A stretch of DNA of 64,000 nt from a candidate division TA06 bacterium 32_111 (GTDB lineage Bacteria; Hydrothermota; 32-111), in assembly GCA_001508335.1 (NCBI GenBank), contig LGFX01000003.1, positions 75,500 through 139,499 of the forward strand. Direction: 5' to 3'. A program made the position numbers and the translations under genes. Positions 9,562 to 19,273 of the stretch are shown here, one piece after another. Numbering within the stretch: the stretch's first letter is position 1; each line of letters opens with the position of its first letter. The notes beneath the pieces were generated by a model. It made no database searches and was not told the DNA's origin. It saw only the letters and a program-made list of their open reading frames with translations.

Positions 9562-10013
9562 CAAAAGTAGCAATTCTTATGGGATCTGAAAACGATAGGG
9601 TGATTATGTCAAATACTGAAAAGGTTTTTGAAAATTTTGGAGTTGAATACGAAACCTTTGTAATTTCAGCACACAGAAACCCTTTAAAAGTTCAAGAATT
9701 CTCTACAAAAGCGAGAGATAATGGCTTTTCAGCGATAATATGTGGAGCAGGTTATGCTGCACATCTAGCGGGAGTTGTTGCATCATACACAACTTTACCG
9801 GTTCTTGCGGTTCCCCTTGATTCCTCACCATTGAAAGGTGTGGATTCATTGTACTCTATGGTAATGATGCCATCAGGAATTCCAGTTGCAACATTTACCA
9901 TAGGTTCAGCGGGGGCAAAAAATGCTGCAATTTTTGCTATTGAAATGCTTTCTGTTACCGATGGTAGTTTAAAGGAAAAATTGGATAAGTACAGGCAAAG
10001 TTTTAACAGATGA
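9558..10013 (+). CDS. purE: N5-carboxyaminoimidazole ribonucleotide mutase PurE
   Basis: 151 aa; VAILMGSENDRVIM, ISAHRNP, AGYAAHLAGVVAS, PSGIPVATFTIG. Confidence 0.9.
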   Translation: MTKVAILMGSENDRVIMSNTEKVFENFGVEYETFVISAHRNPLKVQEFSTKARDNGFSAIICGAGYAAHLAGVVASYTTLPVLAVPLDSSPLKGVDSLYSMVMMPSGIPVATFTIGSAGAKNAAIFAIEMLSVTDGSLKEKLDKYRQSFNR

Positions 10014-10609
10014 GAAAAAAAGATTATGAGGAAGCGCTAAATATTTTAAAAGAAGGTAGACTGCTTGCATTTTCAACAGATACGATAAATGGAATCGCAA
10101 CATCTTTCGATAACATAAAAGGTATAGAAAAAATTTTCCATTTAAAAAAAAGGGACTTTAAGAAACCTTTTGCTCTTTTCTTCTCAGAAAATATTGAAAT
10201 CGAAAATTTTTTTTATACGTCAAAACTTTTCTGGAAGATCAAAGAAAAATTTTTACCCGGTCAATTAACAATAGTTTTAAAGGCAAAAAAAATTATACCT
10301 TCAGTACTTGTAAAGGATGGCTTTGCATCTCTGAGAATTCCAGATGAAAAAAAAATTTTAAAACTTATAGATCTTTTTAAAAAACCTCTTGCATGCACAA
10401 GTTTAAACATATCTGGAAAAGATCTTATTACAGAAAAAGATGAGTTTGAAAAATATTTCAAAGGAGTCCATCTTTTTGGAGAGTTGAAAAAGAAAAAAAA
10501 ACCTTCTACCGTAATAAAGATAGATAAAAAAAATGTTGAAATACTTAGAGAAGGCGGGATAGAAAAGGAAAAAATTTTAAAATTTATAAACAAGGAGAGT
10601 TTATGTTAA
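10010..10609 (+). CDS. tsaC: L-threonylcarbamoyladenylate synthase (YrdC/Sua5/TsaC family)
   Basis: 199 aa; LAFSTDTINGIA, KKRDFKKPFALF, SLRIPDEKKILKLI...ACTSLNISG. Confidence 0.8.
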   Translation: MRKKDYEEALNILKEGRLLAFSTDTINGIATSFDNIKGIEKIFHLKKRDFKKPFALFFSENIEIENFFYTSKLFWKIKEKFLPGQLTIVLKAKKIIPSVLVKDGFASLRIPDEKKILKLIDLFKKPLACTSLNISGKDLITEKDEFEKYFKGVHLFGELKKKKKPSTVIKIDKKNVEILREGGIEKEKILKFINKESLC

Positions 10610-11943
10610 AAAAAGAAAAACTACTCGACTTTGCCTCTACAATAGTAAAGATGTCTGATGCAGACATGACAACAGTTTCTATAGTTGGAAACAAGGAATC
10701 TTTAACAAGATTTTCCAACAACGAGATAACACAGAATGTTGATTCAACAAAATACTCTTTCACTATAAGAACCGTTTATGATGGAAAGGTTGGTATAGTA
10801 TCTGGAACCTCATTAGACACAAAAAATATAAAAAAATTCCTTGAAAAGGCTAAAGAGATTTCAAAAAACCAGACACACAAAAAAGAGATTCTGCCTTTAC
10901 CATCAAAGACAGATTACACTTTTACAAAATCTTTCGATAAAAAAACTGAAACATTGTCACCTGACCAGAGAGCAAAATATGTAAAAGATGCTGTAAAAAT
11001 ATGTGCTAAAGAAAAAATGAATGGTGCAGGGATTTTTTCCAACGGTGCAAACTCCTTTGTGATAGTTAATTCAAATGGACTTGAAGCACATTTTGAAAAT
11101 TCCAATGTAACTTTTTCAATAACGGCACAGGCAAAAAATTCCTCTGGATGGGCTGAACAGAATGAGTTGAGTGTTAAAAATATTGATGTTATAAAAAATA
11201 CGAAGATTGCTGTTGAAAAGGCAAAAAAATCTAAAAATCCAAAAGATGTAAAACCTGGAAAGTATACGGTTATACTTGAACCTGCAGCTGTTGCGGATCT
11301 TATCTCTTTCCTTTCCTATACAACCTTCAATGGGCTTATGATTGCAGAAGGAAGAAGTTTTCTTTCTGGCAAAATTGGACAAAAGGTTGTATCTGAAATG
11401 GTAACCCTTTACGATGACCCATACTTTGAAGGTGTTGGTGGAATACCTTTCGATTTTGAAGGTTTTCCAAGAAAAAGATTAACACTTTTTGAAGATGGAG
11501 TTTTCAAAGAGGTGCCAACCGATAGAAAAGTTGCAAAAATGTTGAAACTCGATAACAATGGACATTCCCTTGGTGCCGATGACGAATATGGACCACTTCC
11601 TTTAAACTTATATTTAAAAGAGGGAAGTTCAAATCTGGAAGAGATGATAAAAACAACAAAAAGTGGAATCCTCGTTACCCAATTCCATTATGTTAACATG
11701 TTGAATCCAATGACAACAACGATAACAGGTATGACAAGAAATGGAATATTTTTGGTTAAAGACGGAAAGATCAAAGATGGACTAAAAAATATGAGATTCA
11801 CACAATCTATTATGGAATCTTTATCAAATGTTTTGATGGTTGGAGATAGATGTATAGTTCAAAGTGGTGGTTTCGGTGGTGGATTTGCGGTTCCAGCTTT
11901 AAAGATAAAAGATTTCACTTTCACAAGTAAAACAGAATTTTAA
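10603..11943 (+). CDS. pmbA: TldE/PmbA-family metalloprotease component
   Basis: 446 aa TldD/PmbA fold without HExxH; immediately upstream of tldD. Confidence 0.8.
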   Translation: MLKKEKLLDFASTIVKMSDADMTTVSIVGNKESLTRFSNNEITQNVDSTKYSFTIRTVYDGKVGIVSGTSLDTKNIKKFLEKAKEISKNQTHKKEILPLPSKTDYTFTKSFDKKTETLSPDQRAKYVKDAVKICAKEKMNGAGIFSNGANSFVIVNSNGLEAHFENSNVTFSITAQAKNSSGWAEQNELSVKNIDVIKNTKIAVEKAKKSKNPKDVKPGKYTVILEPAAVADLISFLSYTTFNGLMIAEGRSFLSGKIGQKVVSEMVTLYDDPYFEGVGGIPFDFEGFPRKRLTLFEDGVFKEVPTDRKVAKMLKLDNNGHSLGADDEYGPLPLNLYLKEGSSNLEEMIKTTKSGILVTQFHYVNMLNPMTTTITGMTRNGIFLVKDGKIKDGLKNMRFTQSIMESLSNVLMVGDRCIVQSGGFGGGFAVPALKIKDFTFTSKTEF

Positions 11944-11954
11944 TAGGAGGAAAA

Positions 11955-13400
11955 ATGTTTAAATTGGGAAAACTTGCAATCGAAGTTGCAAAACATTATG
12001 GTGCCGATTATGCTGATATTAGAATTATAGATACAAAGAATGAAGAAATAGTTGTAAAGAATGGAAAACTCAATGTGGATTATTCAAACACTTTAGGTTT
12101 TGGAATAAGGGTTTTATACAAAGGCTCATGGGGATTCTCATCAAGTGATAACCTCACAACATCAGAAATAAAGAAGGTAGCAAAAGAGGCATGTTTCATA
12201 GCAAAAGCGAGCAGTTCTTTACAGAGAGAAAAGGTCAGGTTAGCGAAAGAGGATACTTACAAGGATCACTGGTTTACTCCCGTTCTAAAAAATCCATTCA
12301 GAATACCACTTGAAAGAAAGGCTGATCTACTATTCAAAATAGATGAGATACTAAGGAAAAAGAGTGAGATAAAGGTTGCATACTCTGAAATGTCTTTTCA
12401 AAACATTAGAAAATGGTTTATAAGTAGTGAGGGAAGCGAAATAGTTCAGGATCTTTTAAGAAGTGGAGCTGGATATTCTGCTACAGCCTTAGGCAACAAC
12501 GATATGCAGGTAAGATCCTATCCTGCATCTTTTGGTGGACAATATTACTCTGGTGGTTATGAGATAATAGAGCAGATGGAACTACTTCAGAACGCTGAAA
12601 GAATAAGAGATGAAGCCATAGCACTTTTGAAAGCACCACAATGTCCAAATTCTGTTAAAGATATCATAATAGGTGGAGCACAGATGGTTTTACAGATACA
12701 TGAATCTGTCGGTCACGCAACTGAACTTGATAGGGTTTTAGGATATGAAGAAAATTATGCTGGAAGTTCTTTCGCAACACTTGAAAAATACAAAAAATTC
12801 AGATATGGATCAAAAATCGTAAACCTCTTCGCTGATGCTACCATACCTATGGGACTTGCAACACAAGGGTATGATGATGATGGAGTTAGAAGCCAGAGGT
12901 GGGATATTGTTAAAGAGGGAATACTTGTTGGTTATATGACAAATAGGGAACTCGCTCACAAGATAGGAGATAGAAGATCAAAGGGATGTAACAGATCTCA
13001 AGGATTCTATTCCATTCCAATAATAAGAATATCCAACCTTTCCCTTGCTCCAGGAGAATGGGAACTTGAGGATCTTATAAGAGATACTAAAGATGGAATA
13101 TATATGGATGTGAACAAATCATGGTCAATAGACCAAAGAAGATTGAACTTTCAGTTCGGCTGTGAAATAGGGTATGAGATTAAGAACGGAAGACTTGGAA
13201 GAATGCTTAAAAACTGTTCATATCAGGATATTACTCCAGTTTTCTGGAACAAATGTGATGCGATATGTAACGAAAACTATTGGGATCTCTGGGGAGTTAT
13301 TAACTGTGGAAAGGGACAACCAGGACAAAGAGCTGAGATGTCACATGGAGCTGCCCCAACAAGATTTAGAAAAGTTAGAGTTGGAATAGGAAACAAATAA
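11955..13400 (+). CDS. tldD: Metalloprotease TldD
   Basis: 481 aa; HESVGHATELDRV (HExxxH), GYDDDGV; GGAGG RBS. Confidence 0.88.
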   Translation: MFKLGKLAIEVAKHYGADYADIRIIDTKNEEIVVKNGKLNVDYSNTLGFGIRVLYKGSWGFSSSDNLTTSEIKKVAKEACFIAKASSSLQREKVRLAKEDTYKDHWFTPVLKNPFRIPLERKADLLFKIDEILRKKSEIKVAYSEMSFQNIRKWFISSEGSEIVQDLLRSGAGYSATALGNNDMQVRSYPASFGGQYYSGGYEIIEQMELLQNAERIRDEAIALLKAPQCPNSVKDIIIGGAQMVLQIHESVGHATELDRVLGYEENYAGSSFATLEKYKKFRYGSKIVNLFADATIPMGLATQGYDDDGVRSQRWDIVKEGILVGYMTNRELAHKIGDRRSKGCNRSQGFYSIPIIRISNLSLAPGEWELEDLIRDTKDGIYMDVNKSWSIDQRRLNFQFGCEIGYEIKNGRLGRMLKNCSYQDITPVFWNKCDAICNENYWDLWGVINCGKGQPGQRAEMSHGAAPTRFRKVRVGIGNK

Positions 13401-13520
13401 AGAAGGGGGGCTCCTCCTTTCTTTAAAAATATCTTGACTTTAAAAAGTTATAGTTCATAATTTAATTTATGAGATTGAAGTTTAATTTCTTCAAATAAAA
13501 TCTTTCAAAAAGGAGGAAAG

Positions 13521-15140
13521 ATGAAAATTAAAACCCTATTTGTTCTTTTTTTGACTTTTCTTTTGGCGGTTGGAATCAACGCCCAATTCTCATCATTTAG
13601 AACCTTGTCAACAGGTGGTGTTATAGATGATGAGATAGAAGCTATTCTTGGACTAACAGAGATGACAAACATTGATGGTTTCAACATCTATACGAACCTT
13701 TCAAATTTCACCATTAATGAACCTATCATTGGAGGTTTTTCAAACAACTTCCTTATCGGATTAAAAGGATCGATGATGGAGATGCTTCATCTTGGAATAC
13801 TTTCAGCATCAACAAAAAACTTATACGAAGATTCAGTAAACAGTGAAGAAAGAGAGTTCATCGATACGAACGCAGATCAGATATACGATTATATGAGTAA
13901 AGTAACTTTAACACAAACAGATAACTCTCTTGATGAATCAGGCACTAACTATTTTGGTTTCCTTTTCGGAAATAAGGAAGGTTTCAAAGGTGGAGTTTCC
14001 TACACAAAATATTTTGCAAACTCGATCAACGAGATGAACCTCATAGAAGAGAGTGTTGACTCAAACATAATTTCAAACGACTTACTCTTAACTTCATATG
14101 AGGAGTATAAGGATAAAGGTGAATACAGTTATGGTGCTGATGTAATTAATCTTGCTGGTGGAATGGCTATGGAGAAAATGGAGTTTGTTGGCACTTTTAA
14201 CTTCGGATTTTTGAAGAACAAAATGAATTTAGAGTACAGGGACACCCTTTTTAATGACTTTTCGCCAGCGGACAATGTTAACAACACATTTAGATCTGAT
14301 GATTACTACAAAAACAATTACGATTGGAGTGGATTAAATTTAGGTTTTGGATTAAAAGGTTATTTCAGAATGGATGAGGATTCAATAGAGATTTTTACAG
14401 GTCTACAGAACAACTCTTATAAACCCTTATACTTTTCGGTTGACGAGTATTATACTGAAACAACAGTTTCTCCAGGAGTTTCTGCAGACGAAATTTATAC
14501 CTATATAGATTCTACTTCAGCCGGTGATTCACAAACTGTTGCCCATTTTTCAGAAATCAACTGGGTTATAGGTGGAAAGTATGTTAAAAAACTTGAAAAT
14601 GCATTGTTTGGTATAGGAATTCAATTTGGTCAAGAAAAAAGGTCAGAGATTGATACAATCAATAACTTCTATCTGTATAGAGAGGAGTATGACAACGGAG
14701 ATGGAGTTTCTGATGTAATCGATTATACCTATACTGAAACAGGAACGTATGTTGGGGAATACATTAACAATTATCTCGTTACATCTTTAACAATTCCAGT
14801 CGGTTTAGAGTATAATTTCCTTAAAAACCTTTTTGGAAGGATAGGAGCAAGAACAACTTTTGAATGGGGAAATGGTTTTCAGAGTATGAAATACCTTTCT
14901 TACTCACCTGTTATTGGAGAATACAACTATGGGGATGGTTCATCATATCAGGTAATATTAGAAAATCCAACAACAAGACAAGATTATGATATAACAATGA
15001 AGAGCAATTACCTGGAAACAACATATTACTATGGTCTTGGATGGACAATATCCAAAAATGTTAAATTGGACTTTATGGGATTTTCTAACCTTGTTGATCT
15101 TTCAACCTGGTCACTCTCCGTTAATGTCAAGTTTTATTGA
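13521..15140 (+). CDS. Secreted outer-membrane beta-barrel protein (hypothetical)
   Basis: Signal peptide MKIKTLFVLFLTFLLAVGINAQ; alternating hydrophobic pattern; ends ...SVNVKFY (C-terminal aromatic typical of OMP barrels). Confidence 0.5.
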   Translation: MKIKTLFVLFLTFLLAVGINAQFSSFRTLSTGGVIDDEIEAILGLTEMTNIDGFNIYTNLSNFTINEPIIGGFSNNFLIGLKGSMMEMLHLGILSASTKNLYEDSVNSEEREFIDTNADQIYDYMSKVTLTQTDNSLDESGTNYFGFLFGNKEGFKGGVSYTKYFANSINEMNLIEESVDSNIISNDLLLTSYEEYKDKGEYSYGADVINLAGGMAMEKMEFVGTFNFGFLKNKMNLEYRDTLFNDFSPADNVNNTFRSDDYYKNNYDWSGLNLGFGLKGYFRMDEDSIEIFTGLQNNSYKPLYFSVDEYYTETTVSPGVSADEIYTYIDSTSAGDSQTVAHFSEINWVIGGKYVKKLENALFGIGIQFGQEKRSEIDTINNFYLYREEYDNGDGVSDVIDYTYTETGTYVGEYINNYLVTSLTIPVGLEYNFLKNLFGRIGARTTFEWGNGFQSMKYLSYSPVIGEYNYGDGSSYQVILENPTTRQDYDITMKSNYLETTYYYGLGWTISKNVKLDFMGFSNLVDLSTWSLSVNVKFY

Positions 15141-15151
15141 TAGGAGGAAAA

Positions 15152-16444
15152 ATGAAAAAGTTTATACCTATACTCATATTTATTCTTATTTTAGCTGGAT
15201 GTACTTTTAAACCTTATGAAAGTACAGATATAAAAAATGACCTTGAACTTTCAACATCAGGTGAAAATATTTTAAAAATAACAGATGTTGTTCCCTCAAA
15301 TTATGGAACAATAAATGATGTTGATCCATCAACAGGAGATGTAGAGGGTGTTATATACATTTATTTCAACGATTACCTTCTAAACTCAACAGTAACGACA
15401 ACAAATTTTGTTCTTTCTGCAAACGGTTCATCTGGTGATGTTTCAAACCTAAATGTAGTTTATGAGCCTGATTTCAAAAGGGTTAAAATAACAGCAACTT
15501 TTGCAGACAATGCAACATATACCCTTGCAATTAAAAATGGTGTTAAATCTACTTCAAACAGTTTTCTTGATGGAAATGGAAACAACATAGATGATGGAAC
15601 ACCTTACGATAACGTTCTTTACCAATTCAGTACAGGAACAGGATCAGATTTTGTTGACTATGATAACCCAATAGTTCTTGGAGTTTTCCCAGAAGAAGGT
15701 AATATCTCTATAAATACACATTTTTATGTTGACCTCTCTGAACTTGCAGAATCATCCAAAGTTGTTAATTCAACAAAACTCTATAAAATCAACGATGATG
15801 GCTCAAAAACTGAACTTGACATAGAACTTGTTGGATACTCTTATATATGGTGGTTGGGAGTTTGGGAAGCTGAATTTCAGCCAAAGAACGGAGATCCACT
15901 TGCTGAAAGAAGATTTTATCAGATAGAAGTAACATGCTCAACAATAACAGATTCTGCTGGAAACAAAGCTTTGCCTTACTTTGATGATGTGTTCAAACCA
16001 TCAATTAAAAATTACACATCAACATTTTTAACAGAAAGTAACGGTGGTGATGATGATAGACCACCAAAAGTTAACGGAGTTAACATAAGCTATGGTTCAC
16101 CACTTTTGACTATAAGGTTCAACGATAATATGGATATAACAAAACTGACAACAAGTAACATTAAAGTTTTTGCTTACATTAATGGTAACTACACCTATAT
16201 ACCAGGTTCAATCTCAGTTTCACCAGATACAACAGAAGTTGAATATTCTCTCATTAACCTTGATTGGGACAATACTTCTTCTGTTTACCTTTATGTTTCA
16301 AAAGAGGTTACCGACAATTCGGATAAGAAATGGAAACTTGATACTAATGGAAACGATATAGGTGGAGAAAGTTACGATCCAACGAGAGTTTCACTATGGA
16401 GTGATTTTTCAGATAGTGATGATTATTACAGACAAGTCTGGTAA
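15152..16444 (+). CDS. Lipoprotein with Ig-like/beta-sandwich repeats (hypothetical), operonic with upstream OMP
   Basis: Start at MKKF (AGGAGGAAAA RBS); lipobox ILAGC; start region overlaps the OMP stop. Confidence 0.5.
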   Translation: MKKFIPILIFILILAGCTFKPYESTDIKNDLELSTSGENILKITDVVPSNYGTINDVDPSTGDVEGVIYIYFNDYLLNSTVTTTNFVLSANGSSGDVSNLNVVYEPDFKRVKITATFADNATYTLAIKNGVKSTSNSFLDGNGNNIDDGTPYDNVLYQFSTGTGSDFVDYDNPIVLGVFPEEGNISINTHFYVDLSELAESSKVVNSTKLYKINDDGSKTELDIELVGYSYIWWLGVWEAEFQPKNGDPLAERRFYQIEVTCSTITDSAGNKALPYFDDVFKPSIKNYTSTFLTESNGGDDDRPPKVNGVNISYGSPLLTIRFNDNMDITKLTTSNIKVFAYINGNYTYIPGSISVSPDTTEVEYSLINLDWDNTSSVYLYVSKEVTDNSDKKWKLDTNGNDIGGESYDPTRVSLWSDFSDSDDYYRQVW

Positions 16445-16466
16445 AAAAATTTTATCAATAAAAAAA

Positions 16467-16491
16467 GGGGCTTTAAAAAGCCCCTTTTTTT
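16467..16491. terminator. Bidirectional rho-independent terminator (ggggcttt-aa-aaagcccc flanked by A-run and T-run)
   Basis: aaaaaaaGGGGCTTTaaAAAGCCCCttttttt lies between convergent genes (lipoprotein on +, M28 peptidase on -). Confidence 0.85.
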
Positions 16492-19249
16492 ATTCTATAA
16501 CAAATATTTTTTTCGTTAAATCAAGGTCAGAAACATTTATAAAGTAGACTCCCTTTTTCAAATTTTCTTTGATAGTTAAAACTCCCTTATCATCTTTAAT
16601 TTTAAAACTTATTCTATCCTGAACTCTTCCAGATACATCGATGAGTTTTAAAGTGTAATCTTTCTTTTCAACGTTTTCATAATAGATATTTATATTTCCC
16701 TTTAAATATTTTATCTCAAACCTTTCAATTGATACAAAATTATCCTTCCCATCTATTCCAGTCTGAACATTGAAAAGGTTCAAAAGATCAGATATCAACC
16801 TCTTTGCTCCTTCAGTTTCCATGTAGTAAATCGGGGCTGACATAATGATCAAAGATGTATCCTTTTTTGAATAAAGAACTGTTTTTCCATCAAAATTCGT
16901 ATCCATTGTTGAAGAGATGTATTGACCAAAAATTTTATTCTCTCCAACAAGTTCAAACACTCCACCATAGATAAGGTTACCGTTGGAACCTCTGGGAAGT
17001 TTTGCTTCAACAAACTTTACACTATCCTGCCTTCCTGAAACATTATAGTAAAGAGCTCTCATATCAGCATTCATGTTAACATTGTATTCAAAAATGTTGA
17101 AAAGTTTGTATGCAAAAGATGTTGTTTCCGGATAAACAGGATATGATGTTGGATTTTCAGTTATAGATTTTCCAATATTCCACCCTGTTACAATCATCCT
17201 TCCACCATTCTCTATATACCTTGAAAGATCATCAAAATCTATTTTGTTGTTTGAAAGATCATCATCAATGTAAAAAACTTTTTTATAGTTTCCAAAAATA
17301 ATATTATTACCCTTAGATATACTATCCATATCTATTCTGTCATACACAAATTTTCCAAATACTGAATCGTAAAAAGCATCCGTAGATTGGTCCTGCAAAC
17401 TTGCACCATTTGAAGTTTCGTCAACAACCAAAAATTCTTTTTCCATCTTCAAAAGTCTTGTGCTATCTATGTTGGAAAATTCACTTTCAAGGTTATTACT
17501 ATCAACAACGGTGAAAGTGTAAAGGTAAATAGATGTGTCGTTTATTGTGGAATCTATAAAGAATGTATCAGTAATATCTGTAAGAAGAGTAAAATCGGTT
17601 TCTCCACTCTTCTTCCTATAAACGTTGTATTTCAAAAAATCGAGCGTTTTACTTTTTTGTATATAGATGTACACTTTGTCTCTATCAGAATATATACTGT
17701 TCAAACTTATACCGTTTGGGATAAAAGATGGTGTTATAGTATCTATTATATCCGCAAAACCTTCAAAGCCCTCACTGTCAACTGGTGTCACTTTAAAATA
17801 ATAAAGATTTTTAGGTATCAGTGATCCAACTCTATATTCGTTCGTATCTGGAACAAAAATAAGATTTTCTAATGTATCACTATCTTTTTTATAATATATT
17901 TTGTACCCAATAACATCTGGACTGAAAGATTTCTGCCATCCAACTATGACAGAGGAATCTCCCTTATCCTTTAAAGAGATTGAACTAACAGTCGCAGGCA
18001 TATTTTTTAAATAGTATAGAGTTGCAGCTCCACCTTTTACAACCTCTTTCATATAATCAAAATTCATATAAGAAATTGAATCTTGTGTTGAATGGTATAC
18101 TGGTGAAAAGGTATACTCTATCGCAAAATTAACCTTAAAACCTTCAACATCGAAGAAATAATGGTCACTACCAGAACTTCCTCCACCTACAACACAGTTT
18201 ACATTGGTAAAACTATCACACATCTGTTTGTAAAGATTTTTCAAAGGATTCGAATGTGACATACCGTAAAGATTCAACCTGTAATCTGAAGATGGATTAT
18301 ATCCTATCATATCGAAGTTTAGCATACCTAAAACGTGCATGTTTTTTGGAAGGATGTAATCGTATACAAAATATTCTGAACCATAAAGACCCCATTCTTC
18401 CGCTGTAAAAAGAACAAAGTATATATCATAATCGGAATTATAAGATGAAAATGTTCTTGAAAGTTCAAGAACAGCAGATGATCCAGAAGCGTTATCGTCT
18501 GCACCAGGAGCTATTTGGTAATCGTTAGAATAATCATCATAATGTGCTCCAACAACTATACATGTATCTTTTGAATAGAGACCTTTTTTTAAACCAACAA
18601 TGTTTCTGACAGGATATGAAGAGACCATAAAATCTTGATAGAAAACACTATCGAGATTCAAATCTGACATCCTGTTGAAAAGGTAAACCGATGCTGTATC
18701 AAGCCAAGTTGTAACCATTACTCTCGATTTACTGTATGTCCCCTGTGGATATGGGTACTCTCCAGATAAAACGGCAACATTATTGTAAAGAGAATCGGAT
18801 GAGATATTTGAAAGAATCAGGGTAAGTTCATCTATTTTTTTACTTTTTTTAATATCAAAAGATGGTATTGTTTGATTTTGAAGTTTTTTTAAATCAATTT
18901 TATTTTTAAAATTTAACTTTATAATCTCAAAATCTTTACCTTTTATGTATATATCTTTATCAGTTTCAACAAGCACAAGATTTTTTTCAAAATTGAAATA
19001 AATATAATCTTCAGGTAAAGTTTTCATTTCTTTACCAAAAAGAACAAAATAATTTTTATCCTTCCTGAACTCTTTTTTGAAAACTACTCCATTTTCACTA
19101 AAACTTTTCTCTGTTTTTCCTATGTAAAGTCCATCGAAAAGATAATATGGATCAAAACCAAAAAAGATCTTCTCACTAACAACTATATAGTCCGAAAAGG
19201 AAAGAAGAAAGAGTGTGACTGAAAGAAAAAGAAATAAGATTTTTTTCAT
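16490..19249 (-). CDS. Secreted multidomain M28-family zinc aminopeptidase with FN3-like repeats and T9SS-type C-terminal sorting domain
   Basis: 919 aa; signal peptide; M28 motifs GAHYDDY, GADDNASGSSAVLELSR, FTAEEWGLYGSEYF; FN3-like IGYKIYYKK...YYFKVTPVD; C-terminus ...LIDVSGRVQDRISFKIKDDKGVLTIKENLKKGVYFINVSDLDLTKKIFV. Confidence 0.8.
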   Translation of the reverse strand: MKKILFLFLSVTLFLLSFSDYIVVSEKIFFGFDPYYLFDGLYIGKTEKSFSENGVVFKKEFRKDKNYFVLFGKEMKTLPEDYIYFNFEKNLVLVETDKDIYIKGKDFEIIKLNFKNKIDLKKLQNQTIPSFDIKKSKKIDELTLILSNISSDSLYNNVAVLSGEYPYPQGTYSKSRVMVTTWLDTASVYLFNRMSDLNLDSVFYQDFMVSSYPVRNIVGLKKGLYSKDTCIVVGAHYDDYSNDYQIAPGADDNASGSSAVLELSRTFSSYNSDYDIYFVLFTAEEWGLYGSEYFVYDYILPKNMHVLGMLNFDMIGYNPSSDYRLNLYGMSHSNPLKNLYKQMCDSFTNVNCVVGGGSSGSDHYFFDVEGFKVNFAIEYTFSPVYHSTQDSISYMNFDYMKEVVKGGAATLYYLKNMPATVSSISLKDKGDSSVIVGWQKSFSPDVIGYKIYYKKDSDTLENLIFVPDTNEYRVGSLIPKNLYYFKVTPVDSEGFEGFADIIDTITPSFIPNGISLNSIYSDRDKVYIYIQKSKTLDFLKYNVYRKKSGETDFTLLTDITDTFFIDSTINDTSIYLYTFTVVDSNNLESEFSNIDSTRLLKMEKEFLVVDETSNGASLQDQSTDAFYDSVFGKFVYDRIDMDSISKGNNIIFGNYKKVFYIDDDLSNNKIDFDDLSRYIENGGRMIVTGWNIGKSITENPTSYPVYPETTSFAYKLFNIFEYNVNMNADMRALYYNVSGRQDSVKFVEAKLPRGSNGNLIYGGVFELVGENKIFGQYISSTMDTNFDGKTVLYSKKDTSLIIMSAPIYYMETEGAKRLISDLLNLFNVQTGIDGKDNFVSIERFEIKYLKGNINIYYENVEKKDYTLKLIDVSGRVQDRISFKIKDDKGVLTIKENLKKGVYFINVSDLDLTKKIFVIE

Positions 19250-19273
19250 TTTTACCCCTTTTTAAATAAAATT

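Noticed and set aside
13401-13450. Possible terminator hairpin after tldD (gaaggggggctcctcc)
   Set aside because: Arms are not complementary (GGGGGG versus CTCCTCC pairs poorly); no convincing stem.
16362-16547. 61-aa ORF overlapping the end of the lipoprotein gene and the bidirectional terminator
   Set aside because: Reads through a strong terminator hairpin and overlaps two convergent genes; almost certainly non-coding.
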